Assembly (NCBI GenBank): GCA_012295275.1
Contig: CM022677.1
Location: forward strand, 7,936,001-8,000,000
Length of the DNA stretch: 64,000 nt
From: Chrysomallon squamiferum
Taxonomy: Eukaryota > Animalia > Mollusca
Reading direction: 5' to 3'
The first letter of the stretch is position 1, and the number at the start of each line of letters is the position of its first letter. The notes beneath the pieces were generated by a model. The model was not told the origin of the DNA and made no database searches. It worked only from the letters and a program-made list of their open reading frames with translations. Shown in pieces: positions 1-12,669 of the stretch. The position numbers were made by a program, and so were the translations under genes.

Positions 1-290
1 ATATATATATATATATACAAACTCACAAGTTCTGTATATGTGTGTACTGAAGGAAATTATACTTTTTGTATGCGTTATGTGAGGCATGGGTATGTAGGAG
101 AAATAGATGCAGACACAGATACAGAGAGAAAGACAGACTGATGTGAATGTGAAAGGATGAGTTGGTACGTACATGTTATCTGTGAGAAAGAGTTAATGTG
201 TTTGTTGTCAGAGAACTGCTGCACGTGAAAGACAATGTCCTTGTTTATGAATAAATAAATACAAGTTCTAAGTGTTTTGATTGTTGTTTG

Positions 291-490
291 NNNNNNNNNN
301 NNNNNNNNNNNNNNNNNNNNNNNNNNNNNNNNNNNNNNNNNNNNNNNNNNNNNNNNNNNNNNNNNNNNNNNNNNNNNNNNNNNNNNNNNNNNNNNNNNNN
401 NNNNNNNNNNNNNNNNNNNNNNNNNNNNNNNNNNNNNNNNNNNNNNNNNNNNNNNNNNNNNNNNNNNNNNNNNNNNNNNNNNNNNNNNNN
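291..490. other. Assembly gap (200 N)
   Basis: Run of 200 n characters; the round size suggests a scaffolding gap. Confidence 0.99.
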
Positions 491-979
491 GCAATCTCAA
501 TAATTAAGTTTTGTGTATCAATTCTACCTACAAATAAAAATATAAATATAATTATTTTAATATTTATGCAGAGTTACCTTTCTTTTCAACTTCTCCCTGT
601 CATCATTAATATATTCAATATGGCTACATAGCTGGGTAAGTTCTATTTCCTGTCTGCCTATCTGTTCTTGTTCACATTCACCGTTGACATTTTCTCTGTC
701 TTTTCTTACGTCTAAAATTACTAAAAAAAATACATGAAGCGAATTTTAATTTTATTTGTAAATTTAATTTTATTTTTCTCTTCTGATCAAATTAACTGAT
801 TGAAAAAATATCTCATTTTAATTATATATTTATTTGGAACTTTTCTTTTTAATTCATTCAATTCTTCTAACAGTAAGAAATGAGAAAATATATAATTTTA
901 ATTATATATTTATTTGTTACATTTTTTAAATGCCTTCTAGCAGTAAGTAAACGAGAAAAAAACAAATTATTATAATTTA

Positions 980-2276
980 ATATTTAAAAAAATCCAACAA
1001 ATTATAATATGTTGCTATATATATAATAAATTAAAATTAAAATTAATAAAGTTTTAAAACAATTGGACATCTATCTAAAACAGCCAAAACTGTACAGTCA
1101 AAGAATATATATAAAAGTAAATGATACCAGGTCTCGCAAACTGGAAGCCATTTGCATTATTCTCGTTGATACTTCCTCCATCATCGCTTTTGTCCGATCA
1201 TCTTCTTCTCTACACAGAAATGAAAAGAAAAGAAAAACACAAAAAACGTTCAAATGTGTTTACACTTTCTGGAATTTGGTATTTTCATTAAACACAGTAA
1301 AGAACAGCAAGCTAATGGTGTTGTTTTACATCTGAATAATGACTGACTTGACTCATACAATGAAAGAAAAAAAATGGTTAAATGTCTTCGCATATTTCTG
1401 GAACTTCGGGTTTTCAGGAATTTTTTCTTGTCCATTAAAAACAGTGAAAAACCAGCAAACAAATGGTATTATTTTACAATACATAATGACAAGCCAAAAC
1501 TATGTTTCATTATGTGTCCAGATATATTATATTATTGTTTTTATCATTCATTAAAAGCAGAGAAGAACAGCAAACTCACACTAAATATTATTTAATAAAG
1601 ACCACTGACCTGATGACATTAATCTGGTGTCTGTTTTCTTCATCAGCTCTGCAATGACGTGAAGTTCAGTGGCGCGTTCCTCGTAGAATCACTAAAATAC
1701 TTGAAGTTTTGAATGGTTTTTGGATATAACAGTCTTATAGACAAATTAAAAAACATACAGACAAAATTCTCTTAGCATTCAAAATAACAACAGACATTTT
1801 TTTTTTTATGAATTTGGCAGACAGCCAGAGTAGCTTTAAATCATCACCAAGAGTTATTGCCAAACATGTTATTTTCTAGTCAGGCTATATTCTTAGAATA
1901 AAACATTAAAAGGCAGGTGGAGATTTAATTTCAGGCTAATGCTAGGATAAAAAAAAAAAAAAAAAGAAGAAAATCATTTCTTACCTGACATTTAGTCAGT
2001 TATTTTTCTAACTGATCTCTTTCGGCTGTTACTTGTGCCAACCTGTTGTTCAGCTCGATTATCTCCCATTTCAGAGAGGTCAAGGCCGCCTGGTCTAGCT
2101 GGGAAAGAAAAGAAATAATTTTAAATTATTACATTTTGCAACTAAATTAAAACATGTTATTTTTGAATTTTTGTGATTCAGTCTGTTTTATCATTCCTAA
2201 AGCTAATTAATGAAAAAAATATCGATAATAATAATAATAATAATAATATAACAAATAGTGATAATAAACTAAATAT
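980..2276 (-). repeat. Inverted segmental duplication, partner about 48669-50612
   Basis: Reverse-complement identity across exons and introns, e.g. ttggacatctatctaaaacagccaaaactgtacagtc (about 1063) vs gactgtacagttttggctgttttagatagatgtccaa (50501). ORFs 1339/1374 mirror 50003/49962. Confidence 0.95.
1128..2098 (-). pseudogene. MCC: Partial MCC-like (colorectal mutant cancer protein) pseudogene, copy A; exons 2098-1985, about 1686-1610 (5'-truncated), 1209-1128
   Basis: AG/GT-bounded exon translates LDQAALTSLKWEIIELNNRLAQVTAERDQLEK*LTKCQ; the next reads YEERATELHVIAELMKK. These match the MCC N-terminal coiled coil (AALASLKGDIVELNKRL...RYEERITELHSVIAELNKK). There is an in-frame TAA, and the exon-2 acceptor is deleted. 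Confidence 0.85.
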
Positions 2277-2923
2277 TTAAAAATAAAAGACATACATACA
2301 TATATAAGTTGTTGTTACTGCTCTTGTTACGTTAAAACGCATGAGTGTGTGTGAAAGTGATTTGAATTGTAAGCTATTTTTATAAAACTCAGCTATAAAC
2401 ACTAGTTAGTTATTACAACTACTTCTACTAAGAATAACTGTAATTAATCATGTACGAGCAGTATGTCAGTAAGGAACAGAACATAAATAATCAGAATAAA
2501 ACAAAATATGAATGCAATTAAATAAAACAACAAAAGAACGATCGTCAATATATTGTTATTCATTATTACAAAAATTCAGCTAAATTACTCAAAAAAATTA
2601 AAGTTGAGTCTTGTGACAAGATTCTATATCGTATTGTTTAATAATTTATTTTCGATTATCTGCACTTTAAAACTATCCAGAAACGTAGACGACAAAACAT
2701 TTTAGAAGCTAAATTACAAACATGTACCTCAAACTATATAAAGAAAGAAAGAAAAAAAATACTGTAGCATTACCTGAATATACAAAGAAATCAACTCTTC
2801 ATGATTCTTAGAATCTACATTTATTTGCAAAATTCATAAATAACAAATACCGCAAATAACAGCAGAAATCCCGCACCCCGCGAAAACAAAAAATTATATG
2901 AGAGTAATCTCCCTTCATCTACA

Positions 2924-2962
<39 letters not shown>

Positions 2963-3467
2963 TTTTTTCTCTGTTTGTGGAGTTGACGGTGTACGTCATT
3001 GCACACCACAGAAAATCGCTAATAACGAAACCTCATATCTAGCTGTATAAAGAGTAATACATGTAAATGTGTAGATGTGTTCAAGGAATATCAATTTATA
3101 TACAGTAAACAACATAACGTGTCTATTAAGATAAAATATAAGCAATAAAAATAAATACAATCGACTGTCAAAACCGGATTCATTGAGACCAGCGTAGTAT
3201 GCCGTTTTAGACAGAGCCAATTTACAAACATTAAAATAACATAAAACTGAAATATTTGGTTTATTATTACAAATGTTAATGGTCTATCAGTTGTCTCTTT
3301 CGACTGCGTTTTCTTCATATTCCTCTCCAAACTCCTCTGTCATGTCCCCCAAGTTTTAGCTTAATTGCAAAAGTTGCTTTCGATAATAGCAGCAAAAGAT
3401 TTAATTTGTTTGCTACTTTAAGATAATCAGTGTACGAAAGTTTCTTTGTATCGTCAGTCCATTCAGA

Positions 3468-3492
3468 TAATAATAATAATAATAATATTAAT

Positions 3493-3529
<37 letters not shown>
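3468..3529. repeat. (TAA)n microsatellite
   Basis: Direct reading. Confidence 0.95.
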
Positions 3530-3532
<3 letters not shown>

Positions 3533-3833
3533 TCATGCATTCATGACGTAACCAATACAGTTTGTATACTTACAACAAACCGGCCATCTGAAATGTTCGA
3601 GGATAATTTATGCAATGTACAGCGAGTACTGACATTTATGATAATTCTGTCAAATAAAAATGAATTAGGAAAATACCGAATCGCATGTTACCTCAATGTG
3701 GAGAATTTTATACATTTTTTTTTTTTTTTTTGTTATACATTTTGATTCAGTAAAACAAGCAAAAATGTAAGACAGTCGATTTTAACTCAGTGAATTAATA
3801 AGTAATAAGCTATTTTCTGTGTGTATGTGTGTG

Positions 3834-3949
<116 letters not shown>

Positions 3950-4775
3950 TAATATAAGTGTACTTCTTTGTTGGCCTCATTGTTTAACGCATCATATACG
4001 TAATGACAATTTACATCTACAATGGACAGCTAATATATATATATAATTTAATTATTACAAGCAGTGTAACCCATTATTGACTACTGATAATAAAAATTTG
4101 CTATGCATATCAAAAGAGACTTGTCGACGTTTGGCTGAAATAAGTAGATACTGGTAAATTTAATACTTTAAACATACGGACCTATGAAAAATAATTTAAA
4201 AAAAAAAAAAAAAAAATATATAACATATTCACATACAGCATATTTGATTATTTTGTTGTTGTTATTTTATTATTATTTTTAGTAAATAAATAAATTAATT
4301 AATTAAACAATCCTTAAAAATATATCTCCTTTTACAAGTTAAAACGATCTTTAATTTTCATCTCAAGAACAGTGTAACAGATGCCACAATGAGGAAGCAT
4401 GTTTATATAGGTTTGTCGTTGTATCTTATGTCTAAAGGCAAAGTGTAGCATTTGCAATGATTCTAAGGCCCTTGAAGAAAATCGAGAGATAAGAGGACGT
4501 AATTATTATATTTTGAACGAGAGTAATCATTTACACAAACAGGCATCTTTGAAAAATACTGCGGAATTAACCAAGAAAGAAAGAAGGGATAAAAAAAAAA
4601 TAATAAAAGAAATAAAAATAAAAGAAATCAATAAAATCCAATACTATATATTTTATTATTTATTTATTATTTTAAATAAATGCCTATACAAAATATTTAC
4701 AAACAACAAATTAATCAATAAGCAAGAAATCTCTTTCTTGGATCTGCGCACATTAAAAGTTGCATCGTGTTTCAT

Positions 4776-6274
4776 TTATTCTTCTGGATTTGTGGAACAT
4801 GGTCGCTTGAATACTTGCTCTTTTTCTAGAATCCAGTAAGTTGATACCCATTTAGAGCCAATAAGAACGGGACAAGCTCCGTGAATTGTCATTTTGTTAG
4901 GTGAACCATTCCGATATAAATTATACCAAAATATAGCTGCACCTGCTTTAGGTTGTATTCTTACACCAAGATAAGGAAATACTGTTGCACCTCCTTCTAC
5001 ATCACTCAAATAGTTTAACCACGTGGCAATTCTGTTTTCACCGGAAGAATATGCTATGTTGAAATAGTCAGTATGAGCCGTGAACTGTCCGCCTATTCCA
5101 TAGTTTGCCACCTGAAGTGGTTCTGAAGCTTTCATTGAAAGACCTGTGATTGCTTCAATTCGTTTCTGAATTCTCGCGTCTACTTCTATGAAACCTCTTC
5201 CTAGACATGTATGTTTGTTAATTCTTTTCTCAGATTTGATATTTTTTCCACAGTGATTGATTTCAGATGGTTGTAAAAGTGGCAAAGAAACTGTTTTAAT
5301 GTCTTCAATTGCAGCATCACTGATAAAATCATGATAGAGAACAATTTTCGGTGAGAAATGCAGAATCTCTTCTTTAGCAGGCTTAAGAATTAGAAGCGGA
5401 TTTTTGTTGTTGTAATGGTAGCGACATTTCAGACGATGTGTCTGTCGTACTTTTATAAATTCTTTACCACGACAGAGAGCATCGAAAGTTGTTTTTTCTT
5501 TAACTATGACATTTTCTTTTCTCTTTTCTGTCCTTGAATACTTTTTCCTTCCGTTCGGAGCACGTTCTAGTTCAGGAGCTAAAATTAACTGTTCATTTGT
5601 CAGATTTAAAACTTGCTCTATCTGTCCCGCTAATTCTCTACCGTTAATTTCATAGTCATGAAATACGTTCTGAATTGTTTCAGTTCTTTGTTTCTCTAGA
5701 CTAATGTCCATCCAAATATGTACATAGTTGTATTTTTTCATTTTGTATGCAAGGCGACCTAATTGATAACAGTCTTCTGCTGATAATCTCTGTATATATC
5801 GTTCATATATAAAACCGTCTGCTAATCTTGTCAGCATTTAATTTGTACGTGTCTTGAAGTCGAAACACAGCTGCAGCGACCCCTTCTAAATCTTCGTAAC
5901 TTGGAAGATGTTCACGAATTTCTTGTAGTTCAGTTAATTCTGTCTGTGACGTAATACTTTCGTGAAGAATAGGCTGCACATCTCGTTCCCAATCTAAAGT
6001 GAAACGTTTAATATATAAAAATGCACCAATTGGGTTGGCTATGTAACGATTTGGGTCTTTTAGTGCGATCGAACAGTGATGTTTTAATTTGATCGGAAAT
6101 TGTTTTCAACTTTTCCAATTTAGTTCCTTCTTCATAAACATGACTGAAATTTCTTAATGCTGTTCCCAAGTCTCTTCCTGCTAGTACAGAGCTGTACAGA
6201 TGTGATACGGACGTAAACAGTTCTGAATTCACAGCTGATAAAAGCAAAACTAAAATAATGAACTGCTGATACAT
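4776..6274 (-). pseudogene. P4HA: Intronless prolyl 4-hydroxylase alpha subunit (retrocopy-like) with two +1 frameshifts; pseudogene or assembly errors
   Basis: Signal peptide MYQQFIILVLLLSAVNS-ELFTS. Middle frame IALKDPNRYIANPIGAFLYIKRFTLDW...LPSYEDLEGVAAAVFRLQDTYKL (P4Ha_N). C-terminal LQVANYGIGGQFTAHTDYF, NRIATWLNYLSDVEGGATVFP and FWYNL...HGACPVLIGSKWV (2OG-Fe(II) domain; HxD, H and K retained). Shifts lie near 6082-6085 and 5823; no introns. Confidence 0.93.
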
Positions 6275-6548
6275 ATTTGAAGGTGTCTACTAGTGTTATG
6301 AATACCTAAATATCTGGTATAAAAATAGAGTTATGATGAATATAATTCTAAATATGTATCAGTTTAAAATACGCAGGTTATTAAACTGATGGGGGGGGTG
6401 ATAAAATGACACGTTTCATTATTTTATCTTTCATTTCTATTTCATTTTTTATTTTATTTTATTTTATTTATTTTATTATATTTATTTTTCTTATTTGTTG
6501 TACATTTGTTTTTATCTCCGAGTTTACATGTGTTTGTGTGTACGTATA

Positions 6549-6580
<32 letters not shown>

Positions 6581-6959
6581 TGTATGAAACACTTTTGGTA
6601 TGTTAAGTTTCTGTTATCCTTTAATGTAACTACCTATTTTTCTATTTGTCTGCCTGTCTTTCTATCATGATGGAAATTACATTAATAATTTGATTATGTC
6701 AGAACAAAGTAAGATAGAGTAGAAAAAACACTCCTCAAGAAGAAATGAAAAATATACAGTTTTTGGATGTGGATGAGCCTTCAGAAAGAAAGAACAGAAA
6801 ACAATTCAGGAAGAATTTCGATATGGAGTCTAATTAAATGTCAGTTTTAAGTTATTAATCTTGTATGCAAACTCTGATATTAGCAGCATTAAGTAAATAA
6901 AGTAAATAAATATTAGGGTACAGTAACGTGATATTAGCCATATTAACGAAAAGATTTGT

Positions 6960-6992
<33 letters not shown>

Positions 6993-7549
6993 GTTGTTGT
7001 TGTTGTTGTTGTTGTTAAACCTTAAAAAATTAGTATAAAGAATAAACATAATAAAATACTCATAAAATTACGAAACAACAACAACAACAACAATAACAAC
7101 AAATAAAAATAAAAATAATATATTATTTGCTTTCTAAGAGAGACAGACAGAGACAGAGCCAGAGTATGGGCTGTTATAAATCTATAGAAACAAGTCAGTA
7201 TTCCTGTCTCCCATCTCACTATTTTAATTTTTGCTCGTTAATATCAGTAATTACTCTTTAAAACAAAATAACAAATATTTACCTTTTGTAAAGTGTATAT
7301 AGTCAATAGAAAATAATAAGAAAAAAAAAAGAAAAGAAGAACAATAGAAAGAAAAGGAAAATAATAAGGTAAAAATAAATATAAGAATTTAGATATGATT
7401 AAGGTGTTTTACAACAATTTCATTTTGCATATATTCAGCATTTGTTGCATTTTAAATGTCTGTATGATAATTTTTGTTTCATTATCGCAACATTAAATCA
7501 GTTTGAACACATCTGGTTGATAATTTGATGCAGCAGCATATGATTTCCA

Positions 7550-9180
7550 TGCCATATCGGTTTCTATAAATTTCCATATCTATTTTTCTATTTTTCTGTC
7601 TTTCACTCTGTATTCATCCAGCAATCTAATTGTCTTTCTGACTCTCTGTCTGTCTGTTCATCTATTCATCTATTCTTCTCTTTTTATAAATTTGTAAATT
7701 TGTCAACACTTTGGGTCTGTTCATCAGTCACTCTGTTAAACTTACAGATATTAAAACCTTCAGTCTCTTTGTCCAGCTGTCTGTCCATATAATCAATCAA
7801 TCTAGCTATCTATGTGTTTGCTTCTATCTATCTCACTTTCTGTCTCTCAATCTCTCTTTAAACTGCTCTGTATTTGAACATATTTGTCACTCTAATCTGT
7901 GTCTCTAACTATCTGAATCTGTTATTCTGTCCATTAATCTTTCTCTCGCTATCTGCATTTTTGTCTGCCTGTCCACTCTGTGTTTCTGTATGTTAGTCTA
8001 ACCAGTCAGCCTTATTATAACCATCTACAATCCATGTGACCATGCTTTTCACTATCTATCGGTCCACCTATCTGTCTATCTATCAACCTGTCTCTTTATC
8101 ATTCATCATCAGTTCATCTATATAGTGAATATCTATCACTTGTTTCTCTCTCTGCCTTTATCACTTCTATGTCTCTCCTCTGATAAATGTGTCATTTCTA
8201 TGTCTCTCTACACATACCTGTATCTCAAATCACTCTGTGCCTAAATGTCAATTACCTGTCTGTGTCTCTCCACCTATCTCTGTCACTTGTCCCTTTCGCT
8301 ATATCCCTAATACTTGTCTATATCACTCTAAATATCGTCACTGTTTTCTGTCTCTCCACCTATATTTTTATCACTTGTCTGTCTCTATCTACACCTATAT
8401 CTCTATCCCATGAGTTTCTCTATCTATATCTCTTTATTTTTATCTTGATTATTTATCTCTGTCTCTCTAACTATGTCTGTCCCATGACTAAGCCTTCCTA
8501 CCTATTATCTTCTCTATCATTTGGCTCTGCTTCTCGCTATCTTTACCTCTATCACATCTGTCCCTCTACGTTTCTATCTATCTCTCTATCTGTATCTTTA
8601 TCTCGTTCTGTACCTTGATAACGTCTGTCTCTGAACCATATCTCTATCACTTCTCTCTGTTTACATATATTTCTGTTGCTTGTTTCTGATTCTCTACCAG
8701 CATGTCTAGTACTTGTACATCTCTCTACCATTATCTCTATAACTGCATTTCTCTCTATATTTATCATTATCATTTGTCTCCATGTCTCAACTTATATCTC
8801 TATCACAGTCTGCCTAATCTTTATCTCTATCATTTGTCGTTCTACCTTTATCTTTGACTTGTCTCCTTCTCTTAACCTACATCACTAATACGTGTCTCTG
8901 ACTCTCTATCTGTATCTCTATCGCATGACTCGCTGTACCCGTATCTCTGTACCCGTGTCTCTTTTCTAACTACTTCTGTCTATCCCATGAATCAGAATAT
9001 CAATCATTTGTTTGCCTCTCCTTATATCTCTATCATTTGTCTCTGTCTCTCTACCTTTATTTCTATCATCTTTTTTCTATTTACATTTATCTATCATTTT
9101 TCCGTGACTCTTTAGCTATATCTCTATCATTTGTCTCCTTCTCTTAACAATAACTTATCTGTATCATTATTAATTATCTT
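7550..9180. repeat. Degenerate CT-rich (TCTATC/TCTGTC-like) low-complexity tract
   Basis: Strong pyrimidine strand bias with recurrent tctatc/tctgtc words. Confidence 0.8.
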
Positions 9181-9705
9181 TTGATAGGTGTTCACTAACA
9201 TAAATTAGAGTTATGTCCCTTACGTGAGATGTACTCACAGAGCAAAGTAAAAATTACATTAATTGGTGGTATCTCCCTTTACTGATATTTGTTCAAAAAC
9301 ATAGATTAGAGTTAGGTCCGTTACATGAGATGTACTCACTAAGCTTATTATGCTAATTATCCGTACGGGATAAATGGAACCTCCAGAAACGCCGAGATTC
9401 GATCCAGATATCAGTCATTTGTTTGTCTCTACTTATAACTCTATCACTTGTCTCTGTCTCTCTATCATCTTTTTTCTCTCTACGTTTATCTATCATTTTT
9501 CTCTGACTCTTTATCTATATCTCTATCATTTGTCTCCTTCTCTGTACCAATAACTTATCTGTCTGTATACCTTATATAGATTAGAGTTATTTCCCTTACG
9601 TGAGATGTACTCACAAACTTAGGTTAGAGTTATGTCCCTTACGTGAGATGTACTCACTAAGCTTTCAGTTAATTATCCGTACGGGATTAATGGAACCTCC
9701 CAAAA
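9004..9705 (+). repeat. Imperfect tandem duplication (about 400/300 bp) containing four copies of TTAGAGTTATGTCCCTTACGTGAGATGTACTCAC
   Basis: 9004-9400 aligns with 9416-9705; motif copies at about 9205, 9306, 9581 and 9624. Confidence 0.8.
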
Positions 9706-9894
9706 CACCATTCATCAGTTTCCATATATGGTCAGATCATATGACCATACACTTCCCAGTGCTAATGAAATCTCCCAATAAAAGCAGTCATGTTAATATA
9801 TCTTGCTAGCTTTTACTCCACACTAAATACTTTAAAACATTATATAATGTAAGCTTTATAGAATAGGAAATTTCTCAACTTAAAATGTTGCCAT

Positions 9895-10010
9895 ACTTTC
9901 CAGAACAACTGCAGAGAGGTGTAGGTTATGAGGATTACTATGCTGACCAGCACGTGACCTAGATGAGCGTCTTACAGGAGCAGCATTTACATCTTGTGAT
10001 GATGTCTGTC
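9895..10010 (-). mobile_element. Gypsy LTR-retrotransposon remnant (pol C-terminal tail)
   Basis: Translates SSQDVNAAPVRRSSRSRAGQHSNPHNLHLSAV, matching the RRSxRxxAGxHSNPxxLP motif at the end of many metazoan Gypsy pol proteins. Confidence 0.7.
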
Positions 10011-10419
10011 ATCAGCTGTCATATTCACATCCCGTTCTATCTCACTACATCATTTATCAATCTGTGGAACATACGTGTTATTTTTATTGTCCCAAAACAG
10101 ATCTCTGCTGGCAATGCAAACAGTGAGAAGAGTGAGCAAACTGCCAGTCTTCCAGCAGAAGAGAAAATGAGTGTGTTGGAGAAAGGAATTTGAGCACCTA
10201 CACATTGTGGAAGCAGAAAGAAAAGTTATAACAAATTGGTAGACAAGTGTAAAATTGTAATTTCTGAAGCTGGTATAACCTGCAGTTCAACTCATTTAGA
10301 ACTTCTCATTGACTCAGTGCTGCAGTGTGTTTGCTGTTAGTGTTAAATCAGTGGTGAACTGGACACACTGGTGAAGGTGAATGTATCATTCTTAAGACAA
10401 ACAAGAATGGAAAGTTCTG

Positions 10420-11300
10420 TGTTAGGTGTTTATCTTTATTGGGCTGTGTTTACAATTTTCTTCATGTAGTTGCTGAAAGTTTGCCTGTTTTGTGAGGTAT
10501 GAGAACTGGCTGGAGTTTCTATGGTGATGGACACTGCAGTAGCTGCATGCTAATGACTTGAGTTTTGTCACTGTGTACATTTTGTTGTGTGTCTGCAGGT
10601 CTGTCAGAGGCCACACTCAGGTAACTGTGACTTATTTCTGTTTGTTGGTAGTTGTAGTTTTATTTGTTGTCATGGTAGGTTTGCTGTCAACGATAAGTGT
10701 GATCCAGTAGGTTGCTTTTCCCTCCATATAATGACATTAACTGGCTTGGCTGTGTTTGTGAATGCATCTTCTGGGTTTTTTTTCCATCATTTGGCTTCGT
10801 GTTGTTGTTGTTGTTGATATGCACACTGTTTTACTGTTTGCTGAGGCAGAGTCTAGTGTAGGTAATTCCCAGTAAGAAAATGTTGATCCCAGATGTTTAA
10901 AAAAAAGATCTTTAAGAGTTTTGTGGTGATCCTGAAATAAATTTTCCTTGGGTTGTTACTTTTTGTTTATATATAAACAAACATTTCCCACATGTTAGGT
11001 TCACTCCCTTCATCCTCCATATCCCTACTGTTTTTATTTGTTTGTAAGGATACCAAAATGTTCAAATTTTCATTATTTTCTGTTCAGGGTTTTGTCTGTG
11101 TCAGTGTTTGTTGGTGATTTATCGTGTTTTTCTATTTATCACCTTATTGCTTCTGGTCAACATTTTTTCTTTTTTAAAAAACAAATTTTGCCTTTTTAAC
11201 CTGCTGACTTTTGGAAATCCTAATTTTCATTGCTGAATCATCTGAATTAGTGATTTTTATGTTTTCCATGTTGTTGTGTTTTTAGAGGTCGGTTTGTTGT
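10420..11300 (-). mobile_element. Possible decayed LINE ORF1 (gag-like zinc-knuckle) relic
   Basis: Broken frames give LPECGL*QTCRHTTKC and ACSYCSVHHHRNSSQ, resembling degenerate CxxCxxxxHxxxxC knuckles; A-rich coding-like strand. Confidence 0.3.
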
Positions 11301-11470
11301 TATTTTTCCTGGTTCTGAATGTCTAATGTGTGTAGTTGAGTGTATAACTGGATGTTAAATATTTATACTTCTAATGTGTCTCCATTTACTTTAACACACA
11401 CACACAAACACACACAGACACATACACACACAGACACACACACAGACCTTGCTTGCACTTAATACAAATA

Positions 11471-11578
11471 ATAACGTGTGTAGAACTGAATAAAATAATA
11501 TTATAAAATTTATTATTAACTTTTACCTTGGTAACAAAATTTAAAAGACAAACAAATAATAAACACATCACCAAAACA
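11471..11578 (+). repeat. About 110-bp direct repeat, second copy at about 13203-13308
   Basis: taacgtgtgtagaactgaataaaataatatt...aaacacatcaccaaaaca occurs twice. Confidence 0.9.
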
Positions 11579-12669
11579 AGTGAAAATTGTACATAAAATG
11601 ATATAACATGAATAATTATCAACTGTATGAAGAGAAATAAGACTGTTTTATACTTTATTTATTTGCTTAGTTATTTAGTTATTCTACTTTGCTATCATGT
11701 AACTTGTTTGTTTGATATGCTAGTGAACTATCCATTTTGTTCTTCTTTTCAGTTTGCTTCAACTCACTAAATATTCAACATTGAATAAATTATAGAAACT
11801 AATAAACTGTGTTCAGTTATTTTTGTGAAAAGAAAATATGTAATAATGACAATATTAACAGAGGATATTATCAAATAATTAGACTTAAAGGGATAAGCAG
11901 TTCTGTGAATATAATTGTATATCTAAATAGATTCTGTGTTATATATTAACATTTCAACATATCAGCACTAAAAACTTCCACAATGATACTATTTTAAGAG
12001 TTATCATTAAAAATTAACTGTAAATAATTTAAATCATACACAGTCATGAATCATAGTTGTATTTGTTACCAAGTAATATCCAGACACATTCCACTTACTG
12101 TTCAGAAAGTTTAATAGAAAATTAATAGATGTAGGTAACATAAAAAAGTAATCTGTATTGGTCCTTTTCATGTATCTTGTTAAAACTTTTTTTTAATTTT
12201 TGTTACTATTCTGTTTTGTTTTTTGCAAATTTTATTATTCTTAAAAGACTGAACTGAAGTAATAATAAATAAAATATATATATAAACATTTTTTGGTGTA
12301 GTTACTTTTTGTCTGTCAGTTAGTTGATGAAAAACTGGCTTATTTTTGTATTTTGATGGTTTTTATTAAATGTGGTTCTCTTAAAGTAATCATTTATAAT
12401 TATTCCTATCTACATTTTTTTTTAAATTAGTATTATTGTTTTTTTTTTTTTTGTTTTTTTTCTTTTTCTTTTTTCAGTTTTTTCTATGAATAAAATTATT
12501 TTATTTAATTTTAATGCAGTTGTTATCTTTATTGTTAGTCTTTTACTTGTATATTTGTTTCATTTTGTTTATGATAGTATTTGTTTAAAATACTATACTT
12601 TTGGAAACTGATCTAAAGTGAAAATAATACAAAAACATTGACGATGTGATTTTTGTTATTGTTATATAA

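Noticed and set aside
75-631. ORFs spanning the N gap
   Set aside because: Open only because N codons contain no stops.
1063-1595. ORFs conserved between the inverted copies (1063, 1339, 1374 vs 50288, 50003, 49962)
   Set aside because: They are antisense or intronic to the MCC fragments; conservation reflects recent duplication, not coding selection.
3260-3465. Coding-like minus-strand stretch (WTDDTKKLSYTDYLKVANKL...)
   Set aside because: Short, flanked by a microsatellite, with no recognisable motif.
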